Positions 8,136 to 15,920 of a stretch of DNA of 27,732 nucleotides are shown here, piece by piece. The notes beneath the pieces are model-generated. The model searched no databases. It worked only from the letters and a program-made list of their open reading frames with translations, and had not been told where the DNA came from. Origin of the DNA: an uncultured virus (IMG/VR IMGVR_UViG_3300037067_026584) (lineage: Duplodnaviria > Heunggongvirae > Uroviricota > Caudoviricetes); IMG/VR virus record IMGVR_UViG_3300037067_026584, positions 62,001 to 89,732 of that record. One strand, written 5' to 3'. The stretch's first letter is position 1, and every line of letters starts with the position of its first letter. A program made the translations under genes and the position numbers.

Positions 8136-8294
8136 TCAGTCCTCCACCACCGAAGGAACAGAATTCTTCCTTCGCTCGTATTCATCGGCCCCGGGCGTAC
8201 CGGTGCCATATGCGCATTCATCAAGCGGACAGTCTGGGCACGGATCGGTGTAGCCCGGGATATTACAGGGTAAAGCAGAATCGACTGGCATCAT
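8136..8294 (-). CDS. 52-aa 4-Cys microprotein (MMPVDSALPCNIPGYTDPCPDCPLDECAYGTG...)
   Basis: Translated by hand. ATGA overlap with the upstream stop, and it ends 2 nt before the next ATG. C-x8-CxxC-x4-C. Confidence 0.65.
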   Translation of the reverse strand: MMPVDSALPCNIPGYTDPCPDCPLDECAYGTGTPGADEYERRKNSVPSVVED

Positions 8295-8509
8295 GTCACT
8301 TCCCGCGAATTGAAATCTTCAACGGCATCAGAAAAATTGGAAAAATATCGCCCGCCATAGAAGGACGTTTCCCCTTCTTCATGGGTGGAAAACTCGGTTG
8401 CTTCACCTGTCCCACTTTCGGGGAGCCCGGGACGCACTATTGCCAAAAGAACAATGCGAAAAGGAGGGTTGCCAGTCCACGGTTTACTTGCAATGATGAG
8501 CTTAAACAT
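8291..8509 (-). CDS. conserved viral hypothetical protein (FYGGRYF....AVEDF)
   Basis: 72 aa, GAAGGT SD. Confidence 0.7.
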   Translation of the reverse strand: MFKLIIASKPWTGNPPFRIVLLAIVRPGLPESGTGEATEFSTHEEGETSFYGGRYFSNFSDAVEDFNSREVT

Positions 8510-8521
8510 GGTCGTTGACCT

Positions 8522-8968
8522 TCACTTCATTTTTACTTCGATATAGCCGCCCTTGAGGATTTCAGAAATGTCCTCGTAGAAGTCATATTCCCGAAGATAA
8601 CAGGCCGTCAGCTTGCCAGCGATACGTTTCATCTGCATTGTGGTGAGACTCATGATCTTCGAAATGACCTCATCGGGATCAGAAATCAACTCTCTGTTGT
8701 TTTCGACAGCCCGTATAAGTCCCGATTTGGTTACCCCGAGAACGGAGAATTCCACATCAAGCCCCGGGACCGGGGTTGCAGAAAAATCGATTTCCCCGCT
8801 ATCATCATCGACAGCCAAAACGTCCCCAATCTCGGCGCTCCCACGGCCGAGCGGCACGCTGTACACCTTTCCGTTGTCCAACAGAAAGTAATTATTACGC
8901 ACAACGGGACGATCACAGTCTCCTTCGAACCTCCACGTCCCCGTGACTTTACGATATTGGTAGCTCAT
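8522..8968 (-). CDS. hypothetical protein
   Basis: Start at ATG 8968 after a GAGGTG SD. Confidence 0.7.
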   Translation of the reverse strand: MSYQYRKVTGTWRFEGDCDRPVVRNNYFLLDNGKVYSVPLGRGSAEIGDVLAVDDDSGEIDFSATPVPGLDVEFSVLGVTKSGLIRAVENNRELISDPDEVISKIMSLTTMQMKRIAGKLTACYLREYDFYEDISEILKGGYIEVKMK

Positions 8969-8976
8969 GTGGCACC

Positions 8977-9624
8977 TCAAAACTCCGACTTGACAACCGC
9001 ACCTTTGAACGCCGCATCGATCTGGTCGTCAGGGAATCCCATGCTTTGCAGTTCTTTCCGCAAAGATTCCTTTTCATCGGAGATGATATCGTTAATTTCG
9101 ACATCCCCACTGTCGGATTCAATACCCCACAGTCCTCCAGACTGAACGACAATGGAATTGAGACAACGCCCGGCTACGCTGATCGATACGGTAGCATCCA
9201 CTTCGATACCGATATAGTACCAATCCCCACGGGTGAGACCTTCAAACCGGTTGTAGTCTTCAAGAGCATACGCATAGTCAGCTTTTTTCAGACTACCGAA
9301 CTTCTCCCGTACAGCCTTTTTATCGGCACGGGAAACGTGCTTCCAGTTATCCGGGTTGTGCGGAATGTGGTTGGCCGGCCGGAATCCCACGTATTCGTTT
9401 GAATACAAGGGAATGTCAGGCTCCTCTTTGCCAATGAACCGTCCGTTGGAATCCCGCTCCATTTCCGTTGGGATACGCTCATAGAACTCGTCATATTTTC
9501 GAATGACGACCCCGGGCCCGATATCATCGGTATACCTTCCCAAGTACGACGTATCGGGGTCGTTGTCTATCATTCGCTTTATACGCACCTGTTCAATTGC
9601 AAGAACGACATTTTGAGTTATCAT
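8977..9624 (-). CDS. conserved viral hypothetical protein (DWYYIGI...GGLWGIESDSG)
   Basis: Start at ATG 9624 after GAGGAG/GAGG SD. Track ORF 8977..9654. Confidence 0.75.
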   Translation of the reverse strand: MITQNVVLAIEQVRIKRMIDNDPDTSYLGRYTDDIGPGVVIRKYDEFYERIPTEMERDSNGRFIGKEEPDIPLYSNEYVGFRPANHIPHNPDNWKHVSRADKKAVREKFGSLKKADYAYALEDYNRFEGLTRGDWYYIGIEVDATVSISVAGRCLNSIVVQSGGLWGIESDSGDVEINDIISDEKESLRKELQSMGFPDDQIDAAFKGAVVKSEF

Positions 9625-9637
9625 TGCCCTCGTCTCC

Positions 9638-10006
9638 TCACGATTTCTTTGCATTACGGGGAATGCTCCCGCCGCGATTCAAAATTTTATTTTCTAGTTC
9701 CTTATGCGGATACAGGGAATGCAAAATTCCGGTTCTTTTTGCGGATCCTGCTTTGCACATACCCCACTCTACAAAATGGGTTTTGGGATCTATCTCGTAC
9801 ACTATTTCCTGTATCGCGTGGTGAAGATTCGAATCCCCACCTTCGCACTGCTCGGAGTACGCGTACTTCCTGCAAATACTTTCAGATTCAAACGGGCCGA
9901 GTAAAAAGCTTGTTTTTCTCCCGTCTCTGATGGTAACATAAAATGCTGGACTCGTATCCGGGGCGCACAATTCAATCCGTTCAACTACCGCAGAAGTCAA
10001 TTCCAT
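9638..10006 (-). CDS. hypothetical protein (FYVTIRDG...LLGPF)
   Basis: 122 aa, AGGAG SD. Confidence 0.7.
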   Translation of the reverse strand: MELTSAVVERIELCAPDTSPAFYVTIRDGRKTSFLLGPFESESICRKYAYSEQCEGGDSNLHHAIQEIVYEIDPKTHFVEWGMCKAGSAKRTGILHSLYPHKELENKILNRGGSIPRNAKKS

Positions 10007-10018
10007 GATTTCGTCTCC

Positions 10019-10309
10019 TTACATGATCCGTACGACTGCTTCACCGGGGGAATTAGAACCGGCTGGACGGCGGTAGATCATGTGTTCCCTGAGATCAACA
10101 ACAAATTCGCGTATTTCCGTATCCTCATCATCATTGGGGACGGTTTGAAAAACAAGCCTGTTCACATTGGCATCAATTATCCTATGCCTCCCTCCGGTAA
10201 ATGTCCATAGACCCGGAGGCTCATCCATACGTCCCCTCTCGTCAGGAACCGGGGCTATAAGGAACGTAAAAGAGAATTCGCTGATCAATTCACGATCCAT
10301 GGTCTTCAC
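10019..10309 (-). CDS. hypothetical protein
   Basis: 96 aa, GAGGTGA SD (start may be ATG 10300). Confidence 0.7.
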   Translation of the reverse strand: MKTMDRELISEFSFTFLIAPVPDERGRMDEPPGLWTFTGGRHRIIDANVNRLVFQTVPNDDEDTEIREFVVDLREHMIYRRPAGSNSPGEAVVRIM

Positions 10310-10310
10310 C

Positions 10311-10580
10311 TCACGATCTTACTGCGAGCTCGTACTTCTCAAGCATCGCGTCCAGCTTGCGCTCAAAATCGTCCGCTTTCAAACGAGCATTCGTATTCCC
10401 GCCATCGATACTATTAAGATGCTTCCCTGTCGTTGCACCCCAGTAGTTTTCGGAAACAACCTTCCCATAGCCCGGGCTGTAAAACGCTACGCACGTTTTA
10501 TAGGAGAACCAGAGGACAAGCTTCCCGATGGTAACCCTGCTCAAATTATGTACAGAAATGTCTATTTCAACTGTCTGCAT
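10311..10580 (-). CDS. conserved viral hypothetical protein (FSYKT.VA...YWGATTGKHLN); first gene of the early operon
   Basis: 89 aa. The SY.T.(I/V)A...TT.KH motif recurs in phage small proteins (recall). Confidence 0.8.
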   Translation of the reverse strand: MQTVEIDISVHNLSRVTIGKLVLWFSYKTCVAFYSPGYGKVVSENYWGATTGKHLNSIDGGNTNARLKADDFERKLDAMLEKYELAVRS

Positions 10581-10595
10581 TGTTATACCGTCCTT

Positions 10596-11157
10596 CCCTC
10601 ACGCTGAGGGTATACCTTACCCCGGATTTGACCCGGTGACAGCAATAACGAAGATAGTTCCCGCTATCCTATCGGGTAAGGCAATTCAGAATTCTCAACC
10701 AGTGCGCAAAGCCCCGGCACTGTATCGGGGGGAGTTGATCCGGCAGGATGAGTTGCAGCAGTTTTCTCTCTTCACGTGCTCGTACCGCGTCCCGTGACAT
10801 TACTACATCAGATATGGATCGTCTCTTTATCGTCATGTGGCTAAAGTGCCGTGTGCTTGACGCTTGGAGCTCTCATCTCCCATATCATCCGGTTGTGTCC
10901 CGGGGATACGCTCACGATCAATTCATGAGGTTGCCGCTACTCCTGTACGACAGGAATAGCATTCTCGACAACGTTCCTGATCCGTGCTTTTCCGCTCAGT
11001 CGTACAAGGGAAGGGAGTTGTGAATCCATGCAAAGCAACATGGTACCCTTTTGTTCCATCATCCCGCAAAGGCGGGAACCTGTACCCATTAAGCCGCTAT
11101 CTTATTTCCCGGATCCCCCGGTTTTTTCTCGGTCTACTGGTTTGCACCTTCTGATGA
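10596..11157 (-). ncRNA. candidate ~550-nt structured non-coding RNA or long 5' leader
   Basis: No minus-strand ORF >=60 aa. Lies directly downstream of a BRE-TATA promoter. Contains several hairpins, an H-type pseudoknot and a tRNA-like fold. Confidence 0.5.
10613..10683 (-). ncRNA. 71-nt tRNA-like element lacking an anticodon arm
   Basis: Acceptor-like TGCCTTACC/GGTAAGGTA, D-like AGGATAG-CGGGAA-CTATCTT, T-like CCGG-GTCAAAT-CCGG. Confidence 0.55.
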
Positions 11158-11178
11158 TCCTTATGTAGGATCCCTGAG

Positions 11179-11209
11179 ATAATAAAGATTTCGCTTAATG
11201 AATATTAAG
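11179..11209 (-). promoter_or_regulatory. archaeal BRE-TATA promoter with an upstream palindrome
   Basis: Minus strand GCGAAAT-CTTTATTAT. Palindrome CTTAAT-N4-ATTAAG at 11194-11209. A second palindrome GATCCT-N5-AGGATC at 11156-11172 covers the expected TSS. Confidence 0.65.
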
Positions 11210-11259
11210 GGAACCCTACGCAGAAATCTATGCGGACATACAATTTAACGTTTTTTCAG

Positions 11260-11400
11260 TCGATTGCCACGGAAAGGGCCCCGGCAGCCCGCCGGGAGGC
11301 ACGATCCGGGAGACCGGCAACCCGGAAATATACCCGGAGTGCCCCGGGGAGCGCACATTAAAAGAGCATTCCAGAAAACCGGACGGGATCCGGCAATCGA
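11260..11400. repeat. CCGG-rich segment bounded by a 9-bp inverted repeat
   Basis: TCGATTGCC (11260-11268) and GGCAATCGA (11392-11400) flank a stretch with nine CCGG tetramers. Confidence 0.5.
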
Positions 11401-11530
11401 TCACGGATCCTGACCATATCAGTACGAAACTGCATTTTTACAAAGGCCCAAAACAGGGGTTCTTTCACTTTCCAAGTATAAACATACGATCAGGTACGAG
11501 ATCTGGGCTAGAAACCAGCCTGGCATCGAT

Positions 11531-11740
11531 CTATCGCATAATATCGACACCAAGAACCCATAGAACAATGTAAACCACCAGGATTCCCGCTGCCAAAAGC
11601 CACATCGTTCTGCTGGCCCTCTCAAGAAACAATACTGGGGTCCTGGGGGATACCGCTACGATCGCGTACCGGATCCCTACGAAAACACATCCAATAAAAA
11701 ATAGTCCAAAAATTATAGCTATGATCAAATTGTAGAACAT
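11531..11740 (-). CDS. small two-TM membrane protein
   Basis: 69 aa with two hydrophobic segments. Follows 11750..12145 closely. Confidence 0.65.
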   Translation of the reverse strand: MFYNLIIAIIFGLFFIGCVFVGIRYAIVAVSPRTPVLFLERASRTMWLLAAGILVVYIVLWVLGVDIMR

Positions 11741-11749
11741 AGAACCAGG

Positions 11750-12145
11750 TCACTCTCTTCGGGCCCGGTCCCTGCTCTGCTTTCTCTCTTCCATCCTCTT
11801 GACAAGCCTGTCTTCAAGATCATCCTGATATTTTTCAAGCTCGTCAATCATGCGGTTTACCGTTTCAGACTCTGAAATGGCCTTTTGAGCCACAGTCCGC
11901 ATATCTTCGATCGCTTCGCGGACCCTGGTTATTTCAGCATCGATCTCGTTCGCCACATCTGCGGCCCGATCGTCATCCTCTTCGGTCCGAATGGAATCGA
12001 GCCGATTAGAAAGATCCACCAGGATGTACGACTTGACATCGGTTGCTTTGTTCTTCAGGTCTTCAAACACCTTTGACAGATCTTCCAGACGATCTTCGAT
12101 TACTTTTCCGACTATTTTTGAAACAATCGACATTCTTTTCACCAT
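11750..12145 (-). CDS. coiled-coil protein
   Basis: 131 aa, charged helical heptad-like pattern. Confidence 0.75.
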   Translation of the reverse strand: MVKRMSIVSKIVGKVIEDRLEDLSKVFEDLKNKATDVKSYILVDLSNRLDSIRTEEDDDRAADVANEIDAEITRVREAIEDMRTVAQKAISESETVNRMIDELEKYQDDLEDRLVKRMEERKQSRDRARRE

Positions 12146-12708
12146 CCTTCATAATCTTCGCAACAATTTTCAAGAGAATCCACGTCATCGGGAGTCTGCC
12201 CCTGTGAAGTTTGCTCCAGAGAGCTCGCAGTTACATTCCCCTGGCGAGGCGGCTGCTGCGAAACCACGGTTGCTACCCGCCTCGAAGACACACCTGCATT
12301 CAGCACGTACATCGGAGTTTTCTTGGCCGGCTGCAAAACCAGCTTCTTTGAAACCCCAGATATCGGGGATAGAGACTCGTGAGTACCTCCCAGCACAGGA
12401 GATCCAAGCGTCTTCTGCGGAGTGGTAGAAACTGGAGACAACGATTCCAGTGCACCTCCCCATTGCGGAGGAGCCAGCGAATTCCCCTGTTTTGGCGGCA
12501 GGCCAGGACCGGTCTCAATGCCAACTATCTTCGGTGGCAGCCCCGGGCCGGTCTCAATGCCAACCACATCAGGTGACTGCCCCGAAATGGTTTTTCTTTC
12601 TTCAATACCACCGGGTGCTAACCCACGCCCAGGGGCGGGATTGGCAATTACATCAGACGGGCTTCCCGTAAACAGCCCGCCACTCTTTAAAGACTCTTCG
12701 GTTGCCAT
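12139..12708 (-). CDS. Pro/Gly/Ser-rich, probably disordered protein with internal repeats
   Basis: VVGIETGPGLPPK/IVGIETGPGLPPK tandem, plus GGALESLSPVS/GGTHESLSPIS. Confidence 0.7.
   Translation of the reverse strand: MATEESLKSGGLFTGSPSDVIANPAPGRGLAPGGIEERKTISGQSPDVVGIETGPGLPPKIVGIETGPGLPPKQGNSLAPPQWGGALESLSPVSTTPQKTLGSPVLGGTHESLSPISGVSKKLVLQPAKKTPMYVLNAGVSSRRVATVVSQQPPRQGNVTASSLEQTSQGQTPDDVDSLENCCEDYEGW
12491..12568. repeat. 39-bp imperfect in-frame tandem repeat, 2 copies
   Basis: CCGGTCTCAATGCCAAC recurs at 39-bp spacing. Confidence 0.8.
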
Positions 12709-12714
12709 TTCCTT

Positions 12715-13245
12715 TCACGCCCTTTTTATCTCCACCCGGTAATCGATCATTTCGAATTGTTTCCCTCCCCAGTACTCCCGTTCGATATCCACGTAATCGG
12801 GGAGAACGCCCTCCTCTCGCAGTACGCTCACCGGCCATTCTGTGCCTTCGAAAATAACCGTTGCATCCGGCCGGACCTCCATGAACCAGTCTACAAAATC
12901 GTTCGACTCTACCGGACCTACTCCAGCCAGGTCCCCAAGTTCTCGGCCCATCATTGTCGAGTATAGTCCCCAGTCACCCCAATCCGGGTGCGTCCCGAAA
13001 TAATATCCCTTGGGAGCCACTTTTTCGTTCAGCCAAGCCTCTGCATCGTCGGCTTCGTCTTGAATCCACTCCCAGTCTCGCATATTGGCAAGACTTCCAA
13101 CTCTTTCTTTTTCCGCATAAAAGTCATCGGAAGGAGTGTACCCCAACGAAATTGCCTTTTCAACGATCATCAGTGCAATGTTGATTCCATTTGCAGAATC
13201 AATCCAAGGTCCTGCGTCTTTCTTTGTAACCGAATTCGTGTTCAT
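12715..13245 (-). CDS. conserved viral hypothetical protein (WLNEKVAPKGYYFGTHPDWGDWGLY)
   Basis: Start moved to ATG 13245 (ATGA overlap with the upstream stop). Acidic. Confidence 0.75.
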   Translation of the reverse strand: MNTNSVTKKDAGPWIDSANGINIALMIVEKAISLGYTPSDDFYAEKERVGSLANMRDWEWIQDEADDAEAWLNEKVAPKGYYFGTHPDWGDWGLYSTMMGRELGDLAGVGPVESNDFVDWFMEVRPDATVIFEGTEWPVSVLREEGVLPDYVDIEREYWGGKQFEMIDYRVEIKRA

Positions 13246-13562
13246 GATAACACCATCATAAGTCTTCCCGTAGTAGTTTTTGCATACGCATCTACCATGA
13301 GAGTAAGCACAGCATTCAAGTTTCTTTCCACTTCCGCCGGGGTAAGCGCCCCGTGAATCCACGTTGGATAAATTCGAACAGCTGGTTCCCCCTCCGGCCC
13401 GGTGCCAACCCCTGCAATCGGAGCATTAAGAAACGTACCAAGATTTCTGCCTGAAGACGAATAAATCGATCCTCCGTCTTCCAGCAACGGAGAGTCGAAA
13501 TATATGTCCACAGTTTTCCCGGCTTTCAACCGGTCTACTACCTGCCGGGTCGTGAGTATCAT
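13242..13562 (-). CDS. hypothetical protein
   Basis: Start moved to ATG 13562 (MILTTRQVV). An AT-rich TATA-like stretch ~25 nt upstream suggests a leaderless mRNA. Confidence 0.6.
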   Translation of the reverse strand: MILTTRQVVDRLKAGKTVDIYFDSPLLEDGGSIYSSSGRNLGTFLNAPIAGVGTGPEGEPAVRIYPTWIHGALTPAEVERNLNAVLTLMVDAYAKTTTGRLMMVLS

Positions 13563-13587
13563 ACAGAAAAATGATGGAAGATAGTAT

Positions 13588-13992
13588 TTAAATATAATCC
13601 CCTGCAATTTGACAGATCGTCCTTCCGATTTGAGCAACAACCCGTCCTGCCAGGTTCTCATCTTTTTTTGGCCCGATCACGGACTCTTCAAAGGCATTAC
13701 ACAGGTTCTGAAATTCCATCTGAGCCCCCTTCAAATTTTCCGGATGCACCAAAACAACAAAAGCTCGAAGTTTTAATTCTGTATTACGTATCAAAAGAGC
13801 AACGGGCTCATTAGCAGGATACGCAGGATACGGGCTTTTTCCAAGCGCAAGAACTTCTTCCAAATCGTCCATAACACTGGCGGCCTTGACAAGAGCAAGT
13901 TGCATTCGAGACATGTTCTTATCAATCGCCTCCTGATACATCACTTTCGCTTCCGAGCAAGAAACCGTTTTACCGATTATATTCTCTTCCAT
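13588..13992 (-). CDS. hypothetical helical protein
   Basis: 134 aa, AGGT SD. Confidence 0.7.
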   Translation of the reverse strand: MEENIIGKTVSCSEAKVMYQEAIDKNMSRMQLALVKAASVMDDLEEVLALGKSPYPAYPANEPVALLIRNTELKLRAFVVLVHPENLKGAQMEFQNLCNAFEESVIGPKKDENLAGRVVAQIGRTICQIAGDYI

Positions 13993-14016
13993 AATAACTA
14001 CCTGCCAAAATATTAT

Positions 14017-14478
14017 TTAAAATCTCTTCTTCACGATCCAGACCGGAATTTTCTTTATTCCCATCTGATAAAGGGCAGTGGAACGATGTCTCCCCTCCTG
14101 AAAATCCAGCAGATCCCCATTCTTGTCAACTTCAACAACCAGTGCATCGAAAACTGCACCACTTTTCATCACGTCAATGAGTTTCTTCACGTTCTCCTGG
14201 GAAACCGTCCTTCTCCAGTAATCGATGTAATCCATGACATGCGGGTCCCTTGAAAACTTCGAGTAGATCCGGTATTGTAATTCGAAAAATTCCTCCAGAT
14301 CCATCCATTCGAATTTAGCATCGTAATGTCGATGAGAATTATTAAAATCAAAAATCGATGAATCGGCAAATGCCAATCCGGTCTGCCCCAGGTTCCACGT
14401 GACATCTCCGTCGTGAACAATTTGCGGATCTCCCCCGAGAGCTGGCATTACCTCATACGCTGGACTACTGCTTTCCAT
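14017..14478 (-). CDS. ParB/Sulfiredoxin N-terminal-like domain protein
   Basis: ENVKKLIDVMKSG...LVVE...DFQEGRHRSTALYQMG.KKIPVWIV matches the ParB-N (D/E)G.HR..A....G...IPV signature. Confidence 0.7.
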   Translation of the reverse strand: MESSSPAYEVMPALGGDPQIVHDGDVTWNLGQTGLAFADSSIFDFNNSHRHYDAKFEWMDLEEFFELQYRIYSKFSRDPHVMDYIDYWRRTVSQENVKKLIDVMKSGAVFDALVVEVDKNGDLLDFQEGRHRSTALYQMGIKKIPVWIVKKRF

Positions 14479-14481
14479 ACT

Positions 14482-14811
14482 TCACCCGATCAGAGTTTTA
14501 TTTCGCATAAAATTAAAGTATTCTTCCGTGAGCACGTAATAATTGGCTGGGGCCGGTCCTTCACCTTCCACCTGCCGGGAGATCTCAACTACCCCTTTAT
14601 CCCTTAACGACCACATCTCCCTCTGAAAAGAACGTCTTTTCCCCGGGGCCTTGGAAATTTTCACGCACACCTTCACCCAGCCCTCATATAATTCCCCGAC
14701 CCCAGCCTCTCCTTCGAGCCGGTTCCCATTCCCCTTCTGATACAGGTGCTGTAACACGTAGCCCTTCTTTGTAAACCGGTCCAACCGGTCGGTATTAATA
14801 ACAATTTCCAT
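14482..14811 (-). CDS. winged-helix DNA-binding protein (PadR/MarR-like wing)
   Basis: SFQREMWSLRDKGVVEISRQVEGEGPAPANYYVLTE fits L...G.V...YY.LT. Confidence 0.55.
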   Translation of the reverse strand: MEIVINTDRLDRFTKKGYVLQHLYQKGNGNRLEGEAGVGELYEGWVKVCVKISKAPGKRRSFQREMWSLRDKGVVEISRQVEGEGPAPANYYVLTEEYFNFMRNKTLIG

Positions 14812-14813
14812 CC

Positions 14814-15713
14814 TCAAATCACCCCGTTTTTGATCATGTAATGGTTATTCACCAGTGCTTCTTTCACGATCGGAGCAAAGCGTGTCCAGTCAGTGTACAC
14901 GTCACTCATCGATGTATCCGTATGCCCCAGCACAGCGCGAATCGTTATATCGGGCACGTTCAGCAATCGCATTTCAGTCTGAAAGGTCCTCCGGGCGGTT
15001 CTCGATGTGACTGCAACTCCCGAAATTACTCGAGCTTTTCCAACTTGAATCTTGAGATTTTTGGTAAGCCACCCGCCCGGATACGGCAGCCCCGCATCCC
15101 CCTTCTCGCGCACGAATTCATACCACGTCTTCATGTATGGGTCAATGACCGGACTCCATGCCAAGTATCGTTCAACCAGCGTCTTCTCAGTGAGAATGAG
15201 CATTTCACGCTTCTGCAAAGACACCTTGGCAGTTGCCAGATATTTCGATATCTCGCCCGGCCGGGCCCCGAAGTAGAAAAGAACTACAAACCCCGAAATC
15301 AGCTCGTCAGTCGCCCCGCTATCCCTCAGCATTTTGAAAAACTTTGAAAGATCGGCAGAGGTCAAAGCAATTTTCGTGAGATACTTTCGCTTTCGTTTCG
15401 GCCGAATCAACGCCAGCTGATTGTATCGCTGCATCTCGTCATTCACCCTGGGATCCCCAACTGGTAAAGATGTGTACCTGTACTTAAAATATTCACGAAT
15501 CGCCGAAAGAACTGTGCTTTGCGACTCGATTGTTGATATGTACTCATCCACGATGCTGGTTGTTGCCTCCCGTATCGTAATGTGTTTCTTATCCCGAAGC
15601 CACCGCTGAAACGATATCAACAAAAAACCGTACGTCTCGGCTGCCTGCACTTTCCCGGTCAATTTCAAGTGCTCGATAAAATCGTCAGTAGGTAATTCAA
15701 ATCCTTCTACCAT
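14814..15713 (-). CDS. tyrosine recombinase / integrase (XerA/Int family)
   Basis: GARPGEI (catalytic R), TEKT (K), SRTARRTF (RxxR in place of HxxR), LGH, DVY (Y). N-terminal core-binding-like domain. 299 aa. Confidence 0.9.
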   Translation of the reverse strand: MVEGFELPTDDFIEHLKLTGKVQAAETYGFLLISFQRWLRDKKHITIREATTSIVDEYISTIESQSTVLSAIREYFKYRYTSLPVGDPRVNDEMQRYNQLALIRPKRKRKYLTKIALTSADLSKFFKMLRDSGATDELISGFVVLFYFGARPGEISKYLATAKVSLQKREMLILTEKTLVERYLAWSPVIDPYMKTWYEFVREKGDAGLPYPGGWLTKNLKIQVGKARVISGVAVTSRTARRTFQTEMRLLNVPDITIRAVLGHTDTSMSDVYTDWTRFAPIVKEALVNNHYMIKNGVI

Positions 15714-15756
15714 GTCACTTTTCTATGAAGTGTCACAGCAATAAAAGTTTTCTTTT
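15713..15756 (-). promoter_or_regulatory. probably leaderless promoter of the recombinase, with an operator-like inverted repeat
   Basis: Minus strand AGAAAA-CTTTTATT ~27 nt upstream of the ATG. TGTCACTT-N7-AAGTGTCA (15713-15735) overlaps the expected TSS. Confidence 0.55.
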
Positions 15757-15920
15757 CTGCATAATTAAGAGAAATTTCTTGCAAAAAGAAAGATCGTGCA
15801 CCCGGGGAAAAGAGCCGTCTTTCTATCCCTGGGGCACTCGGGGAAATCCATTTGGCTATGGGATTGGTTGGACGATTTTTAGAACAACTGAATCATTCCG
15901 TCTTACGTGTCTTCTGAACC

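Noticed and set aside
11088..11110. RNase P RNA (GCGGCTTA resembles its 3' conserved region)
   Set aside because: No GAGGAAAGTCC-like 5' conserved region upstream, and the motif lies near the 5' end of the putative RNA.
10580..11420. CRISPR or mini-CRISPR array
   Set aside because: No direct repeats of 24-40 bp with regular spacers.
11419..11625. 68-aa minus-strand ORF
   Set aside because: Overlaps the better-supported two-TM gene 11531..11740 and lacks an SD.
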